Source: Harriotta raleighana (taxonomy: Eukaryota). From it: 64,000 bases of DNA. Below are positions 1 through 13,030 of this stretch, in pieces. The position numbers were made by a program, and so were the translations under genes. How positions within the stretch are numbered: position 1 is the stretch's first letter; each line of letters opens with the position of its first letter. The notes under the pieces are model-generated. The model saw nothing but the letters and a program-made list of their open reading frames with translations. It ran no database searches and was not told the DNA's origin. The stretch is taken from positions 19,375,608 through 19,439,607 of the forward strand of contig JBNZDD010013732.1 of the NCBI GenBank assembly GCA_050575255.1, written 5' to 3'.

Positions 1-1395
1 TGCACTGTTTTTTATCAGCAACGGTGACCTTTGCCTTTGAAGAGATATTATCTTCATGTATTTTCAAACTGTGTTTGAAAGACTTTATTTTTGATTTGAA
101 GTATCGGAAGTGATATAAATAGCGTTAAAACTCACTAGTGCTCCATGAGGGAGAGCTTCTCTGCATTTTCCTCCACCCCTCCCTCCCAGGAAAAAGAACA
201 TAGCAGAAAGGTTTGCAAAACACACCTTCATGAACACAATGCTCCTGTAATGTCGCCTCACTAATACTGCATTAACTTTCTGGTGTTGCGGATTTGCAGC
301 GCTGCCTTCAATGGCAGCCTTGCAAAATAAACAGGACGGTGTCAGTCTCCCCAGAGGCACAGAAGCCCACCCGAGGGGTAATTTTCTCCATGTCTCTTAA
401 AGCACCAACCTTAAAAGGGTCCACCCTGTTACATCTTGCCTGCACTTGTAGCCATTTTATTCTACAGATCAGCATTGTAACTACAAGGCACGTAGAAAAC
501 TAAGATCCAAAGTTGGGGTGAGCTGGCCCTGCACATGAGAGTTCTTCTATTACATCAAATTAACTCCACAGTGTAAATGGGGAGAAATTATCAGAGATGG
601 CAGGACAAGACAAAACATTGCTGTCTCTGCTGAAGTGGCTGTGCAAAGCCCTTGTACAACAAAAATCTAATGTGACATTATGAGGCGAGTATCCTGGCAG
701 TTTAACACACCCATTTTGGGCAACTTGTAGTGGTTCATAGCCATCACCCTGTTTTCTAATTGGAGAACATACTGGTTCATTACTGAGATACTGAAGTTTC
801 AACAGGTTTTGAGAAATATACATGTCCTCAGTGCTAAGAAGAGTTTCCCTTTCACAGTATCATGTGAAATCTAAAGTGCTATTTGCTTTGGGTGTATGCT
901 GCTGAGAGTCGTTGCTTCTTTTCACAGGTTCTCACACACTTTAATGTGTCATTTAGAAAGTATTTGGCACTGTGTAGAGACAAATGTTATCAATCAAACA
1001 CAACTTCTCAATGAAACGAAGTCATTTATGTTGTACACTTACCTGCAATTTTTACAATGTTTTATTATTTGAAACAGTTTGTTATTAGTGAAATTTTGGG
1101 GGAAAAAAAGTGGTCCCAATTAATTCACAATTAACACATAAACATTTCTTAAGAACAGAGAAACATTTAGCTTTTTTTACTGAGGACCTTATGCAAAATT
1201 ATTATTACTCTCTTGGCCTTCTCAATACTGAATATGAAAAACAATGTGTCACATTCATTATTATAAATATATAATGCTGGTAGTTATTATGTCCATGTGT
1301 GGTTGATTTGTTCATATATACATTAAAGTTACTTTTATATGGCAAGTGATACACAAAACAATCTGCTTCAAAAATGTTGATTTATACAGACCTAC

Positions 1396-1438
1396 CTGAA
1401 AAGTTTCTTGTAGCTAACATTGTAGTAAGAATTGCCCC
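1396..1438 (-). CDS. CAMK2G: CaMKII gamma exon 12: GAILTTMLATRNFS (inhibitory TT sites)
   Basis: 43 nt; acceptor TTTTTTTCTGTTCAG, donor GTAGGT; phase 0/1. Confidence 0.95.
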
Positions 1439-1917
1439 CTGAACAGAAAAAAATTGGTTAGTGAATCTTTGACATGTCGCATAATAACCTGCACTTGTTA
1501 ATTTGGGTAAGGAATCTGTCAAGAGTTTGACAGCAGAGAAAAAGGATTTGGACCTTAACCAGAAAAAATGAAACTCAACCAATTTATTATTCGTTATTAT
1601 TCACAATTTACTTCTTCAAAATTACTTATGAACCAAAAGCTGTCAAAAGAGACTGTGTTTCAAGAGACGCCTTAAAGCACTGGACTCCTTGAATAGTTCA
1701 ATTCTACAAATCTGAAAAGTAAGTCCAAATTGACCTTTTCTACTCACAACCATTAATTCTGCAATCTCTATTCTCATTTATCTTGCTCTATTTGGCTCAA
1801 AGATTCAATTGTGTATAATTAATCATTTAATCAGTTTCCCAACATTTCATAATTTCAGCTCAGCTATCTCTACGCAGCTCTAACTGACTTGACTGACTGA
1901 TTTCTCAGTTATGTTTA

Positions 1918-2118
<201 letters not shown>

Positions 2119-2497
2119 CTAAAAAGTGTAAAGTAATGTTCAGTAGTGTTCAGTGAAGCATGTGACATAAGCACACAATTAACACACTGTTGGGGGGAAT
2201 TGCAAGTGAAAATTATCTTTGACGGTCCCTGAAGGAAACTGGCAGTAAAATGAATTGACGGCCATTTGTAAAAATTAAGCGAATGGAAGTGTGTCTGTCT
2301 GCAATTTTGTATAGCTAACTTGGAAATGTATAAACTATTTTAACAATTGCTTTTCACTATAAAAGCTACTTTACAATGGAAAGTTTAGGTTGGCCAGAGC
2401 ATAAAAATACAGTATATTCAGTATAATCTGGGAACAAATCCCAAAATAAGGCAACTGAATGTTGAATGAATTAAAGACAGTGGTGACTTTTCTTTTA

Positions 2498-2662
<165 letters not shown>

Positions 2663-3847
2663 CTACCACAGAAATGGAATGTAAATGAAAGCAATCTCTT
2701 CCTGTGCAACACAGATTTGCTAGTGCAAGATCATGCCTTACACATTGCTACAGCTAAAATGATGGAATATACTGTATTTGTGTAAAGTCTCTTATGTCTT
2801 GGCTTGTTTGCCAGTTTCCTGGATTTTTGGGAGGAAATAAAACCTCAGGCTAACAATTAGTGCTTCGTATCCTTTCCTGGGTATTTTATGTGCTATATAA
2901 TGTTGCCTCGGATTGTGTTTCATGAATGATTTACGAATGGCACAAACAATTGTTCAAAGAACATTATTTGTCCAAATCTCATTGAGGAATGAAAATTGTG
3001 AGAAGAAAAAGAACCTTGAAGAGATCACTTAGAAACTGTGGATTTACTGATAGCACAGTCATGTAGAGACAGATGTGCAGCAGTGCTGGGTGAATCATTA
3101 TAAACCGTTATAATGCTATGTGTAGTTACAACAACTAGAATTTCTAGAGTGTTCTTCACTTAGACTAATACCTCAGAGTTTACTGAGCAGAAAGAGCAAG
3201 CAGGAGAGGTGAGGCTAGAGAAGGTCACAGAGGTAGTGGTGGCATTTGATTCAGAACTACTTATACTGTAATAAGTGTTACATTGTAAGTATATTGTGTC
3301 ACTAGTGCTCATAAGAAGCTGTCATAAAAAACAGATAAAAGAATTCCACCTGTTCAGCATCTGTTGCATGGCTACAAACCCAGGTACTTTTCTAAAGTTT
3401 TTTTCTGTCCTAAAGTGGAGTGTTTTTGTTTTTAACTTTTATATTTGGCGTATTTTTGCAACAGTGTAAAGATTGCACCTTGCTGTTGATAAAGTGAGAA
3501 GCTGTTTTATGAACAGTAACGAAAACATTCATCAAAAAATAACAAGGTTGAACCGTAGATCTGCAACGTGAATAGATTAACAGTTCACACTTTGAATTCA
3601 GAAGTGAGGTATAATAACTACCGCACAAATGCGGTTGACTGGAATAACAGCCGGGAGAAGTCTTGACACCTGTGTGTGTGACAGCAAGCTTCCTGATTGC
3701 CCTGCAATAGACCTAGAAGTATTTCACATTTCAGAATATATTTAGGCTTTGTTGAAACATAAGAAGCACAGAGATACAATACTTCTCCACAGATTGCAAA
3801 AGCTGGATCTCATTATAAAGGCAACACAATCCAGCCACCAAAGCCTA

Positions 3848-4135
<288 letters not shown>

Positions 4136-4285
4136 CTAGCAAATGGTGTCAAGCTACCTAGTCAGGTCAAGGTTGGTAATTATTTCATGTGTATGCAGGT
4201 GGGACACAATTCTCCACTGAATGGGTTGATCCTTGTAATCCTGTTCACCAGATATATTAAATTTATTTAGCTTCTTGACTTAACT

Positions 4286-4414
4286 GCTGTGTGCAATTGG
4301 TTGCTGCGTTCTGCCCACAAATATAGTCAATTCACTTTACAGTATATTCTGTGAAGCACTTTGAAACATTTGAAAGATATGAAAAGCGCTATATCAAATG
4401 CAAGGATTACTATT
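4286..4414 (+). mobile_element. 3' half of the tRNA-SINE family
   Basis: GTCAATTCACTTTACAGTATATTCTGTGAAGCACTTTG...GCGCTATATCAAATGCAAGGATTA. Confidence 0.8.
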
Positions 4415-5011
4415 AACAGACTATTCCCCTCTCTGCCAATTTCTATTTCTTACTTTAACAGTATATAACAGTTGCTTTAACTTTATTTCAATTGATATTA
4501 CACTACGTTACTCCCACCCCTGTAGCCTTTCCCACTAGACTCTTTGTTTGGGTCACTGACCAGTTGTAGACATCTGTATGGTTATACCACACAGGTCTCT
4601 GCTAACATGCCTTAGTCAAGAACTTGCGAAATTCAGCCAAGAACTTGCAAAACTCAGCCAAGAGCAACAAGAGCAATTGACTGCACTGTTATTCATTGAG
4701 ATTATGATTTTAACTCCAAATTGGAGTTGGGAAAGTTAGAACAGAGATCAGAATATTTATTTAAGGGAAAGCGGTAAAATGCAGTGAAACGGTATTGAAA
4801 CATGTTACTCTGTTTCCTATTTAAACTCAAAGCTTCAAAGTAGTTTGAAACTTTTTTTTAAATTGTTACATTTCTGGAGGGTTACTGTTAAAGCCAATTT
4901 ATTAAACATCTGTGTTTTTGCAATCCACCACTCAGTGTTTTAAATATTTTCTCTTTAGATTTTCATTATCTTTAGCCCCAAAGATTAATTACAATGAATT
5001 TAACTTTTCTA

Positions 5012-5278
<267 letters not shown>

Positions 5279-5550
5279 TTATACTCTATTGAGAGATATA
5301 TTGGGAGGAATTCATGTCTGTGGGACAATGCTCTGCTGCTGTATTAGCCTACAAAATACACATTTTCTCCAATTCATAGTAAATCCTATGAAATCCTTTC
5401 ACACGTCAGCATCAACTTATTTTTATGGAACACTCTTCATCTCCATGTAGGTTTAATATATTAGAACACTTTACTAATATGACCTCCTGTCTTGAAAATG
5501 CTATATCCAATGAAGGGATTATTATTATTATCATCATCATTGTTATTATT

Positions 5551-6297
5551 NNNNNNNNNNNNNNNNNNNNNNNNNNNNNNNNNNNNNNNNNNNNNNNNNN
5601 NNNNNNNNNNNNNNNNNNNNNNNNNNNNNNNNNNNNNNNNNNNNNNNNNNNNNNNNNNNNNNNNNNNNNNNNNNNNNNNNNNNNNNNNNNNNNNNNNNNN
5701 NNNNNNNNNNNNNNNNNNNNNNNNNNNNNNNNNNNNNNNNNNNNNNNNNNNNNNNNNNNNNNNNNNNNNNNNNNNNNNNNNNNNNNNNNNNNNNNNNNNN
5801 NNNNNNNNNNNNNNNNNNNNNNNNNNNNNNNNNNNNNNNNNNNNNNNNNNNNNNNNNNNNNNNNNNNNNNNNNNNNNNNNNNNNNNNNNNNNNNNNNNNN
5901 NNNNNNNNNNNNNNNNNNNNNNNNNNNNNNNNNNNNNNNNNNNNNNNNNNNNNNNNNNNNNNNNNNNNNNNNNNNNNNNNNNNNNNNNNNNNNNNNNNNN
6001 NNNNNNNNNNNNNNNNNNNNNNNNNNNNNNNNNNNNNNNNNNNNNNNNNNNNNNNNNNNNNNNNNNNNNNNNNNNNNNNNNNNNNNNNNNNNNNNNNNNN
6101 NNNNNNNNNNNNNNNNNNNNNNNNNNNNNNNNNNNNNNNNNNNNNNNNNNNNNNNNNNNNNNNNNNNNNNNNNNNNNNNNNNNNNNNNNNNNNNNNNNNN
6201 NNNNNNNNNNNNNNNNNNNNNNNNNNNNNNNNNNNNNNNNNNNNNNNNNNNNNNNNNNNNNNNNNNNNNNNNNNNNNNNNNNNNNNNNNNNNNNNNN
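5551..6297. other. Assembly gap (747 N)
   Basis: Run of N; the long X-containing ORFs are artefacts of it. Confidence 0.99.
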
Positions 6298-6680
6298 ACC
6301 TTGCTGTTGATAAAGTGAGAAGCTGTTTTATGAACAGTAACGAAAACATTCATCAAAAAATAACAAGGTTGAACCGTAGATCTGCAACGTGAATAGATTA
6401 ACAGTTCACACTTTGAATTCAGAAGTGAGGTATAATAACTACCGCACAAATGCGGTTGACTGGAATAACAGCCGGGAGAAGTCTTGACACCTGTGTGTGT
6501 GACAGCAAGCTTCCTGATTGCCCTGCAATAGACCTAGAAGTATTTCACATTTCAGAATATATTTAGGCTTTGTTGAAACATAAGAAGCACAGAGATACAA
6601 TACTTCTCCACAGATTGCAAAAGCTGGATCTCATTATAAAGGCAACACAATCAAAGACACAATCCAGCCACCAAAGCCTA

Positions 6681-6851
<171 letters not shown>

Positions 6852-7335
6852 ANTCCCACTAGACTCTTTGTTTGGGTCACTGACCAGTTGTAGACATCTG
6901 TATGGTTATACCACACAGGTCTCTGCTAACATGCCTTAGTCAAGAACTTGCGAAATTCAGCCAAGAACTTGCAAAACTCAGCCAAGAGCAACAAGAGCAA
7001 TTGACTGCACTGTTATTCATTGAGATTATGATTTTAACTCCAAATTGGAGTTGGGAAAGTTAGAACAGAGATCAGAATATTTATTTAAGGGAAAGCGGTA
7101 AAATGCAGTGAAACGGTATTGAAACATGTTACTCTGTTTCCTATTTAAACTCAAAGCTTCAAAGTAGTTTGAAACTTTTTTTTAAATTGTTACATTTCTG
7201 GAGGGTTACTGTTAAAGCCAATTTATTAAACATCTGTGTTTTTGCAATCCACCACTCAGTGTTTTAAATATTTTCTCTTTAGATTTTCATTATCTTTAGC
7301 CCCAAAGATTAATTACAATGAATTTAACTTTTCTA

Positions 7336-7617
<282 letters not shown>

Positions 7618-10389
7618 TTATACTCTATTGAGAGATATATTGGGAGGAATTCATGTCTGTGGGACAATGCTCTGCTGCTGTGTTAGCCTACAAAATACAC
7701 ATTTTCTCCAATTCATAGTAAATCCTATGAAATCCTTTCACACGTCAGCATCAACTTATTTTTATGGAACACTCTTCATCTCCATGTAGGTTTAATATAT
7801 TAGAACACTTTACTAATATGACCTCCTGTCTTGAAAATGCTATATCCAATGAAGGGATTATTATTATTATCATCATCATTGTTATTATTTGGAAGTCAAA
7901 GAAAAATCCTGTAAATTTACAAGACAAGGATTAGGGCTCCAACCTGCCTTGATGGCAAGAGAGACCTGATACAGGAAGATTTTGAGAGGGTGAAAACAAA
8001 AAATAACTGCATGTATATACAAGCTGGAGTTAGAGGGGATCAATCTTACAAGTAGTGCCTTTCACATCGGGAAGACATTTCAAAATGTTTAACACTGATT
8101 ATAACCAAGCTGGGTGGGGAGTGGAAAGATAACCGAAAGCTTGATCAAAAATTTGTTTCTTGAGATTTGCCTTGAACGAGAGGTGGGAGGGAGCTGGATG
8201 GACTCTGGGATAGAATTGTAGAATAGAGATTATAAGGAGCCTGGCTAATCTTGTAAGTACTCTGAAGCTATTCATCACCTATGGAGTCTGCAATGCCATT
8301 AAATGATATATGTGTAAAGCCTCATTGGTTTGTCAAAGCATGAGTAATAATTGTAATAATAGCTGCCATCAAGCTGTTATGAGGATTGTTAAATATTAAT
8401 CAAATATGTTTAGAGATGAGTGCATTGAAGTGAAGAAAAAAGGCAGAGAAATTGTGATTTCGCATTTATATAGGGTACTTGGTCTTTAATCTGTGTTTAT
8501 TCACCCAGATTAGCCCAGACTGCATAGAGCACAGAGCTGGCTCAGTGGTATTCAGACTGTACCATTTCCAAATTGGTCCCAAGATGAAGACTATCCCAGA
8601 TATGGTTTTTTTTCTGAGGCTAAAATATTCCTGTCTAGGATATTTTACTTTTATTATAGTCTGTAACATGCTTTCCTTTTTCTTATTATCATTGCTAATA
8701 TAGGTATTGCTCTGTTGACAGGAAGCAAAGGCAGGGTGCTTTGTATTCCCATTCTGGACACGCAAAGCAATGACTATATATAACCCAGAGAGGATGACAT
8801 CTAATACATAAACAAGAATGCTGAGGATTAATTCAATCTGATCAATGTTCGTGTTTACGGTAAAGGCTGACGAGGCTTGACCTGAAAAAATTCAATGGCA
8901 GCCTCATGAACTGGTATGGTATATTATCTATTACTTCCTCATGCCTCCACCTTATTTACCAGTTCCTCTAACCCCGGAGATGAGCCTTATTTCTCTCCTC
9001 TGCTTCAAAGTGACAGATGACACCTGATCAGGTGAACAGAAAGTTCTGTGCAGCTCCAGAATAATTTCTTGGGATTTGAATTTATCTCATTTGGTATTAT
9101 AGCCAAACATCCTGTGCACTGTGGTTAATGTGAATTGTCCACTTTTCAAAAACTCAGTTGAGTTGTTTAATGTAACACAGTAGTTTGGTACCGGGAAACA
9201 GGTGAATTTCTACTGCAACCACCAATGACCATGAAATACCCCCTAACAAGATACTGTACTGTTCTAGGTAAGCTATGATACTGTTGACCGTAAAGGTCAA
9301 AGCCAGTAGCATTTTTGAGAGGGAAAAAAAGGCAGTGCAAACTTGTCCAAATCATACCAGACTAGAATTATTCTGAGATAAGTATAATTTGAGCCAAACG
9401 TCAAAATGCAGTTCCAGTATAAGAGCTCACCCGTCATAGTGTCAATCAGCTGCATGGCTTTGATTTTTGTGATGCAATCTCATTGTATTTTCTCAGTGGT
9501 CATTTTATAAAGAACTACTGTTGACAATTCAGCTCTGAAGTATTGGATTACATTTAATCTTAACATGCTATTTGCTGGCTCTCTTTTCTGTGTTTCTTTT
9601 AGATCAGGGAGTAGAAAAATAAACTGATGGTGAGGTTGTGTGTGAATCTAGTAGAAATGTCTTTGTTTGTTCTGCTGCATAACTGGTGCAGTGAATGGAC
9701 ACTTTCATCTGCTTTTCTGGCTGGACTGCATTTGAACTCCCATCCAGGAGATGTAAACCAAGGATTCTAACCCACAGTGAACTCCCTATGTAAATGACCT
9801 TCTGTGGTTGAGGCAGAAAAAGTGTATCTATGTTTCACTCCCTTTTGAACACTGCATTTGCTCACGATAGGTAGGTGGTTGTTGAATCTTCATGCCAAAT
9901 AATGAAAAGTTATACTTTTAAAAACAAACAGTGCTGTAAATAACTTGGGTTAATTACATCCGGTGTGGAATTGATCTGATTATTTCGTTCAGGCGTTGGG
10001 AGATTTTTCACCTGTTACCGGTTACTGTCAGCATATTGACAGATGTACCATCATTGCCAGAGCATGCTGTGATCAGTAAAAAGCAAACAACATCTTGGGA
10101 GTGTGACAGGTACTGTCAGCAAAATTCAAAGCATTGCTTCCCTTTTAATTTACAACCCACTGGTTATGAGGGAAATCGTGGGCATGTTTAATCATGTTGA
10201 TCAGAAGGGCAGGTTTAACTTCTCAATAGAAATACTATTGTATTAAGTGTATCAATATGTTTCCCTTTCTTCAGCTAATGCAATAGGAAAAGCCAGACCT
10301 TTTCCACACAGTTCATATCGAAGATGTGACAAGAAAAAACAGTCCACACTTATAGGATTCCACTGACTTTCTGATAGGTAAAGGTAACC

Positions 10390-10680
10390 CCTAGTGCAGT
10401 TCTCAACAAACAGACCAGAATATTTCAGATTCCTGGCCTAATGTGAAGTTCACTGCGGGGATATGTGGAAAGGGGGAGGTTATGGGACTCAAAAGATTGC
10501 TCTTTAAAGATCTGGCACATACAAGATGGGCCAAATGAACTTCTTTCGTGCTCTAAATTTCTATGGTTCACTGATCTCAGTTGGGTTACTAGAAATGGTC
10601 TTCACAGCCCAGCCTCGGGAAGTGGAAAATCAATCAGGGTTCCAAATCTTGATCGCTATCCTGCAGCAAATTTTATGAAA
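10390..10680 (+). mobile_element. Old degenerate SINE interrupted by a CR1 3' fragment
   Basis: GTTCACTGATCTCAG...ATCAGGGTTCC..TCTTGATCGCTATCC resembles the element at ~14060-14420; family assignment from memory only. Confidence 0.45.
10456..10565 (+). mobile_element. 5'-truncated CR1-type LINE 3' end with an 8-bp target-site duplication
   Basis: GATGGGCCAAATG...TTCTATG tail, same family as the end of the element at 54235; flanked by GTTCACTG at 10448-10455 and 10566-10573. Confidence 0.7.
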
Positions 10681-10902
10681 TATGCCTTAAAAAACTTCTG
10701 GTGCACCTTTAAAATTCTGAAATTTACATTGAATTAGTGTCAATGTTTTCCATTTCTGTATCAATATTTAATTTGATTGCAAATATAATGAAACGATTAA
10801 CTTTGCAGTTAAGGGGATCAAATAATCCATAAATCCAATTATTTAATTTGTTTTGTATAAGGAAATTATTGAGTGATTTTCTTTCATCAATCTTTTCAAG
10901 TA

Positions 10903-11511
10903 CAGTAAAAGACCGTTTATCCGTGACTCAATGAACTGGAAAACCCATTGAACTGGCACCTAAAAAAAAATCCTGATTCGATAAACCAGAAGTTATCTAG
11001 CAGAATAACGATGACGCATTTAATGTATCGATTGTCGTACGTGAGTACTGTGCAGGTATTTCAGCTGGCCACCAGTCGAATCTAAAGTAGCGCTACTGCT
11101 TTTTTTTAAAAAGTCGTGCTGCCATTTTTTTTTCCTCCAGTGGCGGCCATTGAAGAAGTTAAGTATAAATAATAAAGTACTAATATAATATTCTGTTATT
11201 AGTGTATCTGTTATTAGTATATTTAGTTTATTATTTATATAGTAGTGTACAATATTTATAAGTACCTATACAATATTCTGTTATTACAGTATGTTATTGT
11301 TTAATCCATTATTTATATGGTACAGTACAACATTTACAAGTAGCCATACAATATTCTGTTAATATCTGTTATTATTTAGTCTATTATTAATATGGTATGT
11401 GTTAAAATAATTTTTTATGTAAAAAATATATATTTTAAAAAAACGTTTAACCAGAAAGCTGTTTAACCGACATCGGCCAGGTCCCATGGGTGCCGGATAA
11501 ACAAGCTTTTA
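10903..11511. mobile_element. Tigger/pogo-like MITE, subfamily A, right terminus damaged
   Basis: TA|CAGTAAAAGACCGTTTATCCG left end; CGGATAAACAAGCTTTTA right end lacks the final CTG; inverted homolog of 36925-38069; AT-rich internal tandem units. Confidence 0.8.
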
Positions 11512-11699
11512 AAGCTTTTAAAGCCTTCTCTCTTTTTTTCTTTGGCAGTAGAGATTTATTTTTCTACACTGGAACCTTGAATAGGAAAGATCTGTGGATT
11601 ATTCAATCACTCTGTTGCCGGGGTCACTGGTTTATGTTTGTAATTTACTTAAACAGCTGTAAATAGTTATTTCAGCTATATCGCTCATTAGATATGACT

Positions 11700-12160
11700 C
11701 CATTGCATACCAGAGAACTGACTGGATGGCTGGGGTTACAGTTTGGCTGGAAGAATTCCATATCATTGACTAACACAGCCGGGATCTCAATCCAGTTCAG
11801 ACTGATGGCCATCACTGCTAACTGTAAGGGTCCTGGCAAATTGAATCTGGGAAATCTTGACCCAGTTCTCAGTAAGTGATGTGAATACAAAACTACTCAT
11901 AGTTTGAATCTAGTTGGCAGTGAGCTCACAAGAATAGCTGTGGTAGGAACCAAGACACATCAGTTGGGCACACAGTAGGGTACACTTCAGCAAGGATCAC
12001 TTTAGTTTAGGTTCCTACGCCCAGTGCTGACACTGGAAAAGTGTTCCTTTCTCCCAGCACTGATATCTAAGGTACTTAATGCTGGAATAACAGCCCACCA
12101 AATGCATGTGTCACCTACTTTAATCAGTTCTCGATCCAAGATAAAGGCTCACTAGCATTT
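11700..12160 (+). mobile_element. Possible ancient SINE, LF-SINE-like
   Basis: GTAAGGGTCCT...GACCCAGTTCTCAGT...TTGGCAGT blocks loosely resemble LF-SINE-type elements; from recall only. Confidence 0.3.
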
Positions 12161-12616
12161 TCATTACATCCGTCAGTGACAGAACTGAGGAACTTGTCTT
12201 GCAAACTTTTATAAAATGGCCAGGATTAAAAAACCCATTGAATACGTTGCAGGAGGATATTAGTTGATTATAAGATATGCTTGTGACAGACAAAGTCTGT
12301 GGTATTGGTGACCTATGATTCAGACAGGATATGAGGCATATTGTGAGCTTATTGCTTATTCAGAACATAGGTATTCATAATTGCTTCAACTTGGGATTTC
12401 AACGCGTATTTTAACTTGTTGCTTCCTTGTACTCGAAGAAATACAATTAGTTCATATTTTCTTTCCCCAGAGAGATGGTCAGCATACAATGTTAATTTAA
12501 TAAGCTACATAAATGATGTATGATATTATGCGAAAGTAATACTTCTGTAAACCTCAGAGGGCTGCAATTTAGTTTGATTTGTTTTTGAAAAACATACAAA
12601 ATCCTTAGTGACTTAC

Positions 12617-12719
12617 CAAACCATGCCTGCTGATCTCCTTGAACTTCGATTGCCAATCCAAAATCTGCCAGTTTTACTGCTGCACTCTTACATTTACTGG
12701 CAAGTAGCAGGTTCTCTGG
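12617..12719 (-). CDS. CAMK2G: CaMKII gamma exon 7: [34 protein letters not shown](G), DFG motif
   Basis: 103 nt; acceptor GCCACCAG, donor GTAAGT; phase 0/1. Confidence 0.96.
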
Positions 12720-12854
12720 CTGGTGGCAAATCGACATCATTATGGGAAAATAAATGAATTAACAGGCACAATTCAGAGTAAGAATGTATCCCTTACTTGG
12801 AATCAGGATTAACCCTAAAACAAACCAGCAATATACCCAAAGCTTCCAACACCT

Positions 12855-13030
12855 TAAGATAGGAACAGGAGTATGCCATTCAGCCCATCAAGCCTCTTCC
12901 CCCATTTAATTAGATCATGCCTGATCAGTATCTTTATTAATCCTTTCAATTCCAATTTCCTGTTTTCTCCCTGTATCCATTAATACCTACCAAAAATTTA
13001 TCAACCTCACTTTTGAAGGTGTGGATGGAT
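12855..13030 (-). mobile_element. CR1-type LINE 3' fragment
   Basis: ATAGGAACAGGAGTATGCCATTCAGCCCATCAAGCCT...AATTAGATCATG is a typical reverse-complemented CR1 3' end. Confidence 0.6.

Noticed and set aside
4617-4677. 21-bp and 9-bp local tandem duplications
   Set aside because: Ordinary slippage products with no sign of function.
5412-6449. Longest ORFs in the track (267-345 aa)
   Set aside because: They only run through the N gap.
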